Shown here piece after piece: positions 8,573 through 17,329 of a stretch of DNA of 64,000 nucleotides; the first letter of the stretch is position 1; each line of letters begins with the position of its first letter. The stretch comes from a virus. The translations under genes were made by a program, and so were the position numbers. The notes beneath the pieces are model-generated. The model was not told the origin of the DNA. It saw only the letters and a list, made by a program, of their open reading frames with translations, and ran no database searches. Location of the stretch: the IMG/VR virus record IMGVR_UViG_3300033388_005265, positions 55,164 to 119,163 of that record, one strand, 5' to 3'.

Positions 8573-9718
8573 CTAAAGATCAGGTTCAAATACTCCATCT
8601 TTATTTATTGCACCTGAACGGAAACTAACTCCAACCGGAAAACGAGGCAGCCCATCATCCGTAAGGCCGAAATATCGTACTGTAATAAATGATTTTGCTG
8701 CAACTATTCTATCTAGATTGTTCCATAGAGCAGCTCGGTACTCGTGATTCCCACGAGGAACACAGCCAAACTCTTTATTGTCCGTGGTCTTACATATAAA
8801 TGTGACGTGTCCTTCTGCAGAGCCAGAACCCTCATAACCCCCAACCACTTGGTACTCGGCATCATCAAAAGACTTAAGTTTTAAAAGTCTATTTGAACGC
8901 TTTTTATATTCATAACCTCCGGTCATTGATCTAATAATGGCTCCTTCGTAACCCATTTTTACAATCTCATCATGACACTTGTAAACTTCTTCTTCGTTAT
9001 ATGCTACATATGATTCAACAGTTACTAGTCCTGGAAAATCTTTTTTTGAATAGTATTGTCTATATCTATACTTAAAATCTTTTTCTGGATCTACGACATC
9101 GTATATCCAGAATTCAATCTTAAGACTGTCTTCTCGCTCTTTTTTAACAGCTGCTGTTATCTGTTGAAAAGTAAGATCATGTGAATACAACTCTCCATCA
9201 AGGGTCTCATCAATCTGCATTTTTTCTAATAGCGATGGCGTCAAATGACTTACTGTTGTTATAGGTTTGCCCTTTCTAGTTTTATAGGTGATTGTATCGC
9301 CATTGATCTTAGTGGCTAGACAACGAATTCCGTCAAGCTTCATTTGTACCATTACTGGATAATTCACTTTGTTTTTATGGTCCTTATAGTTCTTAGCAAG
9401 CATAGGGAGTCGAGGAATAGATAGACTAGTCTGATCCTCCGAGTACCCTTCTTGCTCTTTCTTCTTCAAATGTTTGCTTGTTATCTCGGCTATAGCCTGT
9501 TCATATGAAGAGGTCTGATTTTTCTTGCCAAGATTCTTTCCTTCTCTTATAATCTTGCCCTGTTCTTGCAGTTTACCGTCTTTAAGCCCATGGAGAGTCT
9601 TAAATCCAGCTGTGCCATCTATATCTTCATATGCCCAAGCGCGCCATACTTTTATTTTACCTTTTGAATCAAGCCCATATAATACTGGTAAGCTGTGTGT
9701 TGGTAATTCCATTATCAT
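8573..9718 (-). CDS. lig: ATP-dependent DNA ligase
   Basis: Motif I KLDGIR, DGELY, EGAIIR, LLKLK and a C-terminal OB-fold ending RFPV. Confidence 0.95.
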   Translation of the reverse strand: MIMELPTHSLPVLYGLDSKGKIKVWRAWAYEDIDGTAGFKTLHGLKDGKLQEQGKIIREGKNLGKKNQTSSYEQAIAEITSKHLKKKEQEGYSEDQTSLSIPRLPMLAKNYKDHKNKVNYPVMVQMKLDGIRCLATKINGDTITYKTRKGKPITTVSHLTPSLLEKMQIDETLDGELYSHDLTFQQITAAVKKEREDSLKIEFWIYDVVDPEKDFKYRYRQYYSKKDFPGLVTVESYVAYNEEEVYKCHDEIVKMGYEGAIIRSMTGGYEYKKRSNRLLKLKSFDDAEYQVVGGYEGSGSAEGHVTFICKTTDNKEFGCVPRGNHEYRAALWNNLDRIVAAKSFITVRYFGLTDDGLPRFPVGVSFRSGAINKDGVFEPDL

Positions 9719-9762
9719 TTTCTCTCTCCCTATCTTATTCTTTACTCTCTTTTATTTAACGT

Positions 9763-9951
9763 TTATTCTTCACTATCCTTAGCTTCTTTTAGCGCTTCCA
9801 TAATGTAGCCTACCATTACTTTAGCTCCACTATCATTCCATTGCTCTTCACCTTCCTTCAATATAGGTGGGTCAAATTCTACATTTATATTTGCTTCATC
9901 CTCACCTTCCTTGCCTGTAATTGTTACAATACATTTGAGATCTTTTTTCAT
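9763..9951 (-). CDS. Hypothetical protein
   Basis: ORF track; RBS. Confidence 0.55.
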   Translation of the reverse strand: MKKDLKCIVTITGKEGEDEANINVEFDPPILKEGEEQWNDSGAKVMVGYIMEALKEAKDSEE

Positions 9952-9973
9952 CTTCTCTCCTCATCTCTCTATT

Positions 9974-10492
9974 TTAAAAAGGTACTTCATCATCATCACT
10001 ACCGTCATCATCACCACAATATTCATCATCACAATCTGGATCATCACAATGAATACATACTGTTTCTACTTCTCTGCTAGTAGGTCCAGTTACATCCCAA
10101 GCTTCAGTTTTTTTTGCGCCATTCTTCATGATTTGAACTAATTTTTTACCGTGGGAATTCTTTTCCTCTATTTCCTGTATCTTTATTATCTCCTGTATAG
10201 AAGCGTCTTGATGCATTAGTTCAGCTATACGATCTATCTCTCTATCTATTTCAGCATACACTCTATATATTGTTCTCTGATCTTTATTAGCAGGAAAAGA
10301 ATGTTTAACAGATGAAAATTCACCATTATTAAATATTATTGTAATCATGTATTGCTTTTTTGTTGTTGTTCTTCTAGGTCTAAGCCCGCTGCTTGAAGTC
10401 ACTACAACTGATGGAAAATCTTCTTCATTTATATGATACACGAACTCGTCTTTTCTAGTGTGTCTTTGATTCTTTAATAAGTTTTTCTTCAT
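9974..10492 (-). CDS. Hypothetical protein with Cys/acidic C-terminus
   Basis: ORF track. Confidence 0.6.
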   Translation of the reverse strand: MKKNLLKNQRHTRKDEFVYHINEEDFPSVVVTSSSGLRPRRTTTKKQYMITIIFNNGEFSSVKHSFPANKDQRTIYRVYAEIDREIDRIAELMHQDASIQEIIKIQEIEEKNSHGKKLVQIMKNGAKKTEAWDVTGPTSREVETVCIHCDDPDCDDEYCGDDDGSDDDEVPF

Positions 10493-10889
10493 CTCTCACT
10501 CTCTTAAATAGGCTATTTTTTATAACTTTAGCTACACTTGACATCTCCTTTCCTTTATCACCAAGCATATTCTTATACATATTAGCTTCTATATTAGATT
10601 GTATAGCTTCATCTGTAGCAATTCTTGCAATATCCTGTAATCTTACAACTTCATCAAGTATAGCATCCATAGCATCTTCAACTTCGTTTCCTAGACGCTC
10701 TACATTACGCTTATGCCAATACTTATCATCTCTTGAATATTTTTTATACCTTGGACTTTCCTTTATTCTTAATGTAGCATGAATAGTTAAACTATGTAAC
10801 GTATCCTTAACATCTTGCATTTCATATTCAGGATACTTTTTTGCATGTCTAGCAGCTTTTCTTCTTAATGTTTTTTTCTTGCTAGCCAT
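10455..10889 (-). CDS. Hypothetical coiled-coil protein
   Basis: ORF track. Confidence 0.6.
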   Translation of the reverse strand: MASKKKTLRRKAARHAKKYPEYEMQDVKDTLHSLTIHATLRIKESPRYKKYSRDDKYWHKRNVERLGNEVEDAMDAILDEVVRLQDIARIATDEAIQSNIEANMYKNMLGDKGKEMSSVAKVIKNSLFKRVRDEEKLIKESKTH

Positions 10890-10903
10890 AATATTCCTTA
10901 GAT

Positions 10904-10980
10904 TGGCACCGGAACTAGGACTTGAACCCAGACATCTTTGGTTTTGGAAACCACTGTTTTACCAATTAAACTATTCCGGC
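10904..10980 (-). tRNA. trnW: tRNA-Trp(CCA)
   Basis: Full cloverleaf, loop TT-CCA-AA, encoded CCA end. Confidence 0.93.
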
Positions 10981-11279
10981 TCCCTAACTATGTATTCGTA
11001 TGTACCATCATCTTGTAATGGAATATTAGAATTCTCTCTACCTACTTCTGTAAGAATACATGTAACAACTTCAGTTTTTACTAATCTTTTAACAGGATGA
11101 TTATTATACTCGTTACGGTATTCCATGCTTTTTTCTTCATAGTTTCTATGAGCGCATGCTTGTCCTCTTGCACCACTAATACTATAAAGTTTTCCTCTTT
11201 TCAAATAGTAATGAGATCCATCTGAATATACAAGTCTAACTCTATAAACATATTCTCGTTCCATATTAGTTATTATCAC
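10971..11279 (-). CDS. Hypothetical protein, paralog of 15101..15415
   Basis: EYVYRV.L...DG..YY.K.GK.Y shared; stop lies at tRNA-Trp nt 8-10. Confidence 0.65.
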   Translation of the reverse strand: MIITNMEREYVYRVRLVYSDGSHYYLKRGKLYSISGARGQACAHRNYEEKSMEYRNEYNNHPVKRLVKTEVVTCILTEVGRENSNIPLQDDGTYEYIVREPE

Positions 11280-11565
11280 CTACCATACTATCTCTGAGGT
11301 CTAACAGAGCATAAGTATTCTCATTTCTAGGTAAATCATCAATTATCAATACTCTCCTATTATCTGAGCAGCCGCCTCTTCTAGGCTTACTTGGTGTTCT
11401 TTGAAATGAATATCGTGCATTTGTATAGAATACAGACACTCTACCAGCATCTACATGATCTACAACACCAAGATCAAGAGCTCCATCGTTACCTTGTCTC
11501 TTTCCTATTGCTACTATTTGTCCTCTACTGATTGTTCTTCCTATTTTATCGTTCATTAAACGCAC
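11266..11565 (-). CDS. Hypothetical protein
   Basis: ORF track. Confidence 0.6.
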   Translation of the reverse strand: MRLMNDKIGRTISRGQIVAIGKRQGNDGALDLGVVDHVDAGRVSVFYTNARYSFQRTPSKPRRGGCSDNRRVLIIDDLPRNENTYALLDLRDSMVGDNN

Positions 11566-11607
11566 CTATACACTAGTATTAGTCTCTTATTAAAATTTAC
11601 TTGGAAA

Positions 11608-11682
11608 TGGCTCCGCATCCTAGGTTCGAACTAGGGACCTTCTCCTTAACAGGGAGTTGCTCTACCACTGAGCTAATACGGA
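11608..11682 (-). tRNA. trnN: tRNA-Asn(GTT)
   Basis: Full cloverleaf, CT-GTT-AA, G73, CCA. Confidence 0.95.
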
Positions 11683-11695
11683 ACATTAATTTAAA

Positions 11696-11718
11696 CGGTG
11701 GGTTCACTAAGATTCGAA
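11696..11718 (-). pseudogene. Relic tRNA 3' end (T-loop, T-stem 3' strand, acceptor strand)
   Basis: Minus strand TTCGAAT-CTTAG-TGAACCC-A-CCG with no 5' part; lies next to the nuclease promoter. Confidence 0.65.
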
Positions 11719-11753
11719 GCCACTTTGTCTAATGAATTGTTTTATACTATACC

Positions 11754-12371
11754 ATGGGAACATACATAAAGTTAAAATGTCCAACATGTGACATGTCTTT
11801 TAATAAACCATTCAAAGAGTACAATAGAGCTAATAAGCGTGGACATGCACATGTGTGCTCTAGAGCATGTCGTGACAAAAAACGATCATTTGACAACACT
11901 ACCAAAACACATTGTACTAATTGCGATAAATCACTTATTATGGCTAATTCAGCTATAAAAAAGTCTAAATCTGGCAATCATTTTTGTTCTAGATCATGTG
12001 CTGCTACTTATAACAACAAAAATAAAACCTATGGTACTCGTCGTAGTAAACTTGAAGTATTCATAGAGGACAAACTTCAATCTGAATTACCTGATCTTAT
12101 TTTTATTGCAAATAGCAAGAAAGTTATAGGTTCAGAATTAGATTTTTATTTCCCAGACTTAAAACTAGCCATTGAAGTTAATGGACCACTTCATTATAAA
12201 CCAATTTATGGAGAAAAAAAATTCTTACAAATTCAAGCTAATGATCAAATTAAAATATCTGCCTGTCAAAAAGCTAATATTACTCTTGCTATTGTTGATA
12301 ATTTAAAAGATTATACAAAATCATATGTAAATGATCGTTGGACTATTATCAAACAGATACTAATTAAATAA
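11754..12371 (+). CDS. Putative DUF559/Vsr-like (EDxHD-type) homing endonuclease with N-terminal zinc fingers
   Basis: CPTC...CSRAC, CTNC...FCSRSC; ELDFYFPDLKLAIEVNGPLHY...ND..K. Confidence 0.8.
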   Translation: MGTYIKLKCPTCDMSFNKPFKEYNRANKRGHAHVCSRACRDKKRSFDNTTKTHCTNCDKSLIMANSAIKKSKSGNHFCSRSCAATYNNKNKTYGTRRSKLEVFIEDKLQSELPDLIFIANSKKVIGSELDFYFPDLKLAIEVNGPLHYKPIYGEKKFLQIQANDQIKISACQKANITLAIVDNLKDYTKSYVNDRWTIIKQILIK

Positions 12372-12373
12372 AA

Positions 12374-12450
12374 TGGTGGGCCTTCCAGGGATTGAACCTG
12401 GGATATTCCGCTTATGAGGCGGATGCCTTAACCAACTAGACGAAAGGCCC
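12374..12450 (-). tRNA. tRNA with CAT anticodon, probably Ile2 (lysidine type); Met not excluded
   Basis: GGGCCTT acceptor, CT-CAT-AA, A73, CCA; lacks initiator hallmarks. Confidence 0.9.
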
Positions 12451-12452
12451 AT

Positions 12453-12528
12453 TGGTACTCCGTGCAAGAATTGAACTTGCGACATTCCGATTAAAAGTCG
12501 GATGCTCTACCGGTTGAGCTAACGGAGC
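12453..12528 (-). tRNA. trnK: tRNA-Lys(TTT)
   Basis: Full cloverleaf, CT-TTT-AA, CCA. Confidence 0.95.
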
Positions 12529-12747
12529 CTATTGCTTGAGATACTCAGGTTTGACCATCTCTGTAATTGTTTGTTGTACCATGTCTTCATAAAATATAGC
12601 GTAGCTTACATTTTTAGCTACCCAATAAGTACCATATAGGAATACACAAAATATTAATGTACCTATTATTGAAACTCCTACTTGCATCTTTGATTCTTTA
12701 CTCACTATCTTTCTCCCTAAGATTTCTTCTATAAACTTTTGCTCCAA
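12529..12747 (-). CDS. Small membrane protein
   Basis: One TM segment; stop abuts tRNA-Lys +1. Confidence 0.65.
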   Translation of the reverse strand: MEQKFIEEILGRKIVSKESKMQVGVSIIGTLIFCVFLYGTYWVAKNVSYAIFYEDMVQQTITEMVKPEYLKQ

Positions 12748-13048
12748 GTACAGTTACGACTAAAATATATAACGGCCAAGCTATACTTAAAACCATGTGC
12801 AGAATAAAAGTTACTGCTATTATTATCAACTCACCAAAGAATGATACTTCATCTTCTATGAACTTCATAGTCTTCTTATCTAATCTGAAAACTTCACCCA
12901 TATCATAAAGTGCAAGTTTATTTCCAGTGTATTCAAACCCTTTATCATTTATAAAATACCATAGAAATTTACCTATGGCATATATAGCTACCATAAGTAG
13001 CAGACAAGCTCCTGGTTTTGCAATTAAATTTACTACTGTATCGTACAT
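12698..13048 (-). CDS. Membrane protein
   Basis: Multiple hydrophobic segments; RBS. Confidence 0.6.
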   Translation of the reverse strand: MYDTVVNLIAKPGACLLLMVAIYAIGKFLWYFINDKGFEYTGNKLALYDMGEVFRLDKKTMKFIEDEVSFFGELIIIAVTFILHMVLSIAWPLYILVVTVLGAKVYRRNLREKDSE

Positions 13049-13143
13049 AACTACTCCTTTGTGTACTCGAACTTAACTTTATTTTTAAAAAATTAGGTAT
13101 ACTTTCGTATACATTGTTTTATATTAACATAACAGCTAATCTA

Positions 13144-13228
13144 TGGTCTCCTGGGCAGGACTTGAACCTGCAATGCACAAGGCGACAGCTTAGAAGGCTG
13201 TTGGTCTATCCAATTAACCAACCAGGAG
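13144..13228 (-). tRNA. trnR: tRNA-Arg(TCT) with enlarged variable region
   Basis: CTCCTGG/CCAGGAG acceptor, CT-TCT-AA, A20, 13-nt variable region, CCA. Confidence 0.85.
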
Positions 13229-13233
13229 AAATT

Positions 13234-13773
13234 ATGCTAGTTATGTGCAAAAATTGTAATATCGAATTCAATAAACGTCCAGCTAATGTTAAAAGAACTA
13301 AAAATCACTTTTGCTCTAGATCGTGCGCTGCAACATTTAATAACAAGGGACAACAAAAAAATCCTCCAATTGTCCGAATCTGTAAGCATTGCAAATCTGA
13401 TTTCATAAGAAACAAAGCTAATAAGCGTTCTGCTACATTGTGTGCAGATTGCAGAACTAAATTTGACACTAGATCTGATTTTTTAAAAACATTAACCTTA
13501 GGCGAATATCAAGCTAAAGAATCTGTTGCCGGTAAACATCCATCATGGATAAACTCTCATGTTAGGGTTCTTAACCGTTCATGGAACAAAGATATGACTA
13601 AGCTTCCATGTGCTAACTGTAACTATAGCAAGCATGTAGAGCTATGTCATAAAAAAGCAATTACCAGTTTCCCTCTTACTACAACTCTTGGAGAGATAAA
13701 TGCCAGAGAGAACAATATTCAACTATGCAGAAATTGCCATTGGGAATATGATCATGGTCTGCTAAAAATTTAA
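13234..13773 (+). CDS. Putative HNH endonuclease with zinc fingers; start corrected from 13114
   Basis: CKNC...FCSRSC; CANC...VELCH...N...LCRNCHWEYDH; AGGAG SD 5 nt before ATG 13234. Confidence 0.8.
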   Translation: MLVMCKNCNIEFNKRPANVKRTKNHFCSRSCAATFNNKGQQKNPPIVRICKHCKSDFIRNKANKRSATLCADCRTKFDTRSDFLKTLTLGEYQAKESVAGKHPSWINSHVRVLNRSWNKDMTKLPCANCNYSKHVELCHKKAITSFPLTTTLGEINARENNIQLCRNCHWEYDHGLLKI

Positions 13774-13849
13774 TGGTGGAGCTAGAGGGAATCAAACCCA
13801 CGACCTCTTGATTGCAAGTCAAGCGCTCTCTCAACTGAGCTATAGCCCC
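13774..13849 (-). tRNA. trnA: tRNA-Ala(TGC)
   Basis: GGGGCTA/TAGCTCC with G3:U70, CT-TGC-AA, CCA; A19/U56. Confidence 0.93.
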
Positions 13850-13873
13850 AAATATATTCTTTTTTATGACAAT

Positions 13874-13947
13874 TGGGGTGAAGCCGGGAATCGAACCCTG
13901 GTCTCCTGATCCACAGTCAAGCGTTCTACCACTGAACTAGCGACACC
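13874..13947 (-). tRNA. trnH: tRNA-His(GTG), imperfect acceptor stem
   Basis: CT-GTG-GA, G-1/C73 pattern; two acceptor mismatches and one nt short in the T-stem region. Confidence 0.75.
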
Positions 13948-14105
13948 ATATTATATTGTTTGCCAGTGTCCAACAATTATACACGCTAACTGGCTGCCAT
14001 GATTTTTGGAGCACAATAGGCATTAAAATATTACGGACTCTACCTATTGAAAGACAATGCGCATTGTTGACAACTACGTCCAATTACATGTGAGTCCTAA
14101 ATTAT

Positions 14106-14186
14106 TGGTACCAGCGGGGAGACTCGAACTCCCACCCGAAGACTAGATCCTAAGTCTAGCGTGTCTACCAATTCCACCACGCTGGC
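14106..14186 (-). tRNA. trnL: tRNA-Leu(TAG)
   Basis: Cloverleaf with variable arm, CT-TAG-GA, A73, CCA. Confidence 0.93.
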
Positions 14187-14195
14187 ACATATTAT

Positions 14196-14405
14196 TTAAG
14201 CATTTTGCAGCTTACAATGTGCTAAGAAGCCATCATTATATTCTATTGCTTTACTGTCTCTAAAGCATGTTGCACCTGCAAGTATATTAGTCTTATCTTT
14301 AAGACGAAAGAATGGACATTCATTTCCACAATGACCGTCTCTATCTACAATAGACTTTGCTTTCCTATCTGAAATCTTTCCTGAACTTATCACTTGACAC
14401 CTCAT
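14196..14405 (-). CDS. Small Cys-rich hypothetical protein
   Basis: ORF track. Confidence 0.5.
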   Translation of the reverse strand: MRCQVISSGKISDRKAKSIVDRDGHCGNECPFFRLKDKTNILAGATCFRDSKAIEYNDGFLAHCKLQNA

Positions 14406-14836
14406 TTGTAATTTCGTGCTATAGCACTTGCAATTTTGCCGTCATATTTTCCTGGGTATTTAGCAGCCAGATCTTTCATGACTTTACCCATGTCTTTTGG
14501 CATAGTATATTTGTTTTCAGTCACCATAACAGATATTATAGTCTTTAATTCATCTTCTGTCAACTGTTTTGGCAAGTATCTTTCAATAAGTTTTTTTTCT
14601 GCTTGCAAAGGCTCTGTTTGTACTTCCGGAGGACATACTTTTAAAGTCTCATCAATATGCTTTATAAAGCTTTTAGCTATCTTGATTACTTCTTCATCAG
14701 TAGACTCTCTATTGCCTTTGGTTTTACCAACCATGGCAGCTTCACTATATAGGACTGTTAATGTTGCAGCTTTACGCTTATCTCCAGCCTTTCTGCATGC
14801 AACTTGATCATCCTTTATTTCTTGTATTAGACTCAT
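14402..14836 (-). CDS. GatB/YqeY domain protein
   Basis: MSLIQEIKDD...A.K..D......E..LIERYLPKQLTEDE...KDMGKVM..L......DGK. Confidence 0.9.
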   Translation of the reverse strand: MSLIQEIKDDQVACRKAGDKRKAATLTVLYSEAAMVGKTKGNRESTDEEVIKIAKSFIKHIDETLKVCPPEVQTEPLQAEKKLIERYLPKQLTEDELKTIISVMVTENKYTMPKDMGKVMKDLAAKYPGKYDGKIASAIARNYK

Positions 14837-15119
14837 CTTCTTCTCCTGGTTTAACCAGTCTTATTTTTTCTCGTCTTTCTTCTGGTGTCTTTGTTCTAGT
14901 TAAATTTGCAGGATGTTGTTGTCCTTCAAAATCTACATGCATTACATTGCAATCATGTCTTATACACCATACTTGCAATCCATCAGGAGTCCATCCTACT
15001 TCATAACGAGCGTATTCCTTCATAGATGTATTGCCGGGTTTTTCTTTAAAACATCTAGTACAATGTAAATATTGTAAAATCTCGTTATTATGCCCAACCA
15101 TTATTCTTGCTCCGCACAC
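14808..15119 (-). CDS. Conserved hypothetical protein, likely metal-binding
   Basis: HCTRC...EVGWT..GLQVWC.RH..NV.H.DFEG. Confidence 0.7.
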   Translation of the reverse strand: MCGARIMVGHNNEILQYLHCTRCFKEKPGNTSMKEYARYEVGWTPDGLQVWCIRHDCNVMHVDFEGQQHPANLTRTKTPEERREKIRLVKPGEEDESNTRNKG

Positions 15120-15415
15120 TCATAAAGAAATTTTCCCTTAGGTAGAGATTGAATAGTATTATCATTAGTTTCTTGTAATGCATATGGAATCACTTTTGCT
15201 GACTTTAACTTAATCCTATCTCGGACAATATAGTCAGGATTTCTTTCCAGTCTTCTTAATGTAATTCTAGCTTCTCTTTCTTCTATCCCTATTCTGTATG
15301 AAGCCGTTCTTCTTGCCGGACCTATGTTTTGATAGATTTTACCGTCCTTCATATAATAGCTGGTTCCATCTTCAAATGTCAACAGTACTCTGTAAACGTA
15401 TTCTTTCTCTTTCAT
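15101..15415 (-). CDS. Hypothetical protein, paralog of 10971..11279
   Basis: Shared N-terminal pattern. Confidence 0.65.
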   Translation of the reverse strand: MKEKEYVYRVLLTFEDGTSYYMKDGKIYQNIGPARRTASYRIGIEEREARITLRRLERNPDYIVRDRIKLKSAKVIPYALQETNDNTIQSLPKGKFLYECAEQE

Positions 15416-15428
15416 ACAGCCTCTAAAA

Positions 15429-15503
15429 TGGAGCGGGAGAAGGGACTCGAACCCTCAGCAGTCTGCTTGGAAGGCAGAAACTCTACCATTGAGTTACTCC
15501 CGC
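15429..15503 (-). tRNA. trnG: tRNA-Gly(TCC)
   Basis: GCGGGAG acceptor, CT-TCC-AA, U73, CCA. Confidence 0.95.
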
Positions 15504-15982
15504 TCATGTTCTTTAAAATGTAACACAGTATGACATCTAGTACAATATAACGTACATTGTTGTATTTCTTTTAATATCCTTTCCCATGACCATCCTTTCA
15601 TTCTAGCAAAATTTGGATCTTTTGCAGTAGGATCAAGATGGTGAATAGCTAATGCACATTCGTACTCGTCATATCCACATTCTATGCATTTTCCGCCTAA
15701 ATAGGCTATTGCTTTACTTCTGTTTTTTTTAAAGCGTTTTATAGATAGCTGATTATGACAGTTCTTACATGTTGTTTTTCCTTTTCCGTAAAATTTATCT
15801 GGACTAGTTTCTCCACACTTACATCTATATTCATGCTTATCTTTTATGTGTACCTTGCTTGTATTATGCTCACCCCATGGTGAACAAGTTAAACAATACT
15901 TTCTGTTACATAGGTTTTTTGTCTTTCCGTCTATCTTAATTCTATTTGGAAATTTATTATTGCACTTCTTGCATACTGGCAT
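15494..15982 (-). CDS. Putative HNH homing endonuclease, family B
   Basis: CKKC...RKYCLTCSP; LGGKCIECGY....ALAIHHLDP...CTLYCTRCHTVLH; stop at tRNA-Gly nt 8-10. Confidence 0.85.
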   Translation of the reverse strand: MPVCKKCNNKFPNRIKIDGKTKNLCNRKYCLTCSPWGEHNTSKVHIKDKHEYRCKCGETSPDKFYGKGKTTCKNCHNQLSIKRFKKNRSKAIAYLGGKCIECGYDEYECALAIHHLDPTAKDPNFARMKGWSWERILKEIQQCTLYCTRCHTVLHFKEHERE

Positions 15983-16021
15983 CTATGGAATCCTCCTAAG
16001 GGTTTCCATAGTATTAAACAA
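15983..16021 (-). promoter_or_regulatory. SD-enclosing hairpin with overlapping TGTTTAATACTAT motif
   Basis: CTATGGAA-ACCCTTAGGAGGA-TTCCATAG directly before ATG; near-identical element at 18686-18727. Confidence 0.65.
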
Positions 16022-16127
16022 GAGCGCAACTTAAATGCTAATTTATTTTACTTTTCATCTAAGCTACGCTCTTAATCTATAATCCTGTGCTGACTTCTTT
16101 AGCTATTTTAGTCAGCAATTTTGCCAT

Positions 16128-17048
16128 TCAATCGGGCATATCATCGCCACATTCCTCACATATTGCTTTAAATGGAGGAAGAAAAGCCGAAGGATTTCCA
16201 TAATTATAATCCTTTGCTACTTCAGAAAAACTCTTTGCGATATCTACCGCTTGCTCAAGAGTTTTCTTGTAAACAAGCATGTAAGTCATAACTGCTTTTA
16301 CATGGTCTATTGATAGTCCTGCAGTTTGTTCTGCAAGTTCAACCATATCAATCTTTTCCTGAGCTTCTATAGGTAGCTTAGCTTTCAAGATCTGAGCTCT
16401 ATGATCAGCAGACGGAAGTGGAATCTCCTTTACAAAGTTAAACCTTGACGGGCGATTCTTTATTCTATCTGAAACCTTATGCATATAATTGGTTGCAGCA
16501 AGATAAATAACTCCAGGCTCAGACAGATGTCCATCAAGGAAGTTCAAGATATCCATCTCAGCATTACCTCTTGAATGCTTTTCAAACTCATCTGCAACGA
16601 TCATGATCAGTCTATCTGGATCACCATCTCTTATAGTCTCCACAATAGTAGAGTACATATTTGTAGCTGGACCATATATGACTATTGCATCATGCTTAGC
16701 TATAAACCATTCGATCAGCTGATGCATAAACGATGTCTTACCGGTTCCTGGCTTACCATACAACAGTATACCAGTTTTCCATAGTGTGCCTAGTGTCCTG
16801 TGAGCTTCCTTTCCTTCATCTGAAGCAAAGTTATCCACATATGTTCTAAGCTCATCATATATACCACCTTCAAGCTTGATTAGCTCGTCAAAGTTCATTT
16901 CCATCTCTGTGAATAGCGGAGGACTGAACATTGGAATACTAAAATGATATGTTCCAGCTGGTAATCTTTTTGCAACTTTGCCTTCTTTTGGGGTAGGCTG
17001 ATAACTAAACTGCTTTTCTTTGAACTCATTGTTTATTCTATATGACAT
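16128..17048 (-). CDS. AAA+ ATPase
   Basis: Walker A GILLYGKPGTGKT, Walker B IVADEFE, ATN sensor and RPSRF arginine finger. Confidence 0.93.
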   Translation of the reverse strand: MSYRINNEFKEKQFSYQPTPKEGKVAKRLPAGTYHFSIPMFSPPLFTEMEMNFDELIKLEGGIYDELRTYVDNFASDEGKEAHRTLGTLWKTGILLYGKPGTGKTSFMHQLIEWFIAKHDAIVIYGPATNMYSTIVETIRDGDPDRLIMIVADEFEKHSRGNAEMDILNFLDGHLSEPGVIYLAATNYMHKVSDRIKNRPSRFNFVKEIPLPSADHRAQILKAKLPIEAQEKIDMVELAEQTAGLSIDHVKAVMTYMLVYKKTLEQAVDIAKSFSEVAKDYNYGNPSAFLPPFKAICEECGDDMPD

Positions 17049-17085
17049 TTTTTCTCCTATTTTGATTTTTATTAAATTATATTTT

Positions 17086-17176
17086 TGGCGGAGGGAGAGA
17101 GGATCGAACTCTCAAGGCTGTTACACTCGGCGGTTTTCAAGACCGCTGCCGTCGCCAACCGTCGGCTTGCCCCTCC
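17086..17176 (-). tRNA. trnS: tRNA-Ser(TGA)
   Basis: Long variable arm, CT-TGA-AA, G73, CCA. Confidence 0.93.
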
Positions 17177-17329
17177 ATTCTTAAAACTTAAACACAAACA
17201 TGTCTTCACAAGTTGTAGTATAGCTATCAGTTGTATCCATTTTTAACGTGCTCTCTGGATCACATCCATTAAATGAAGCACATCCTGTTGATGTTAACAG
17301 TATAATTAGTAATAATATTTTTTTCATAA

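Noticed and set aside
11696-12450. Integrase-mediated genomic island
   Set aside because: No tyrosine or serine recombinase motif in the cassette or elsewhere in the window
13114-13233. N-terminal extension of the HNH ORF in the track
   Set aside because: It is the antisense of tRNA-Arg; the SD-led ATG at 13234 is the better start
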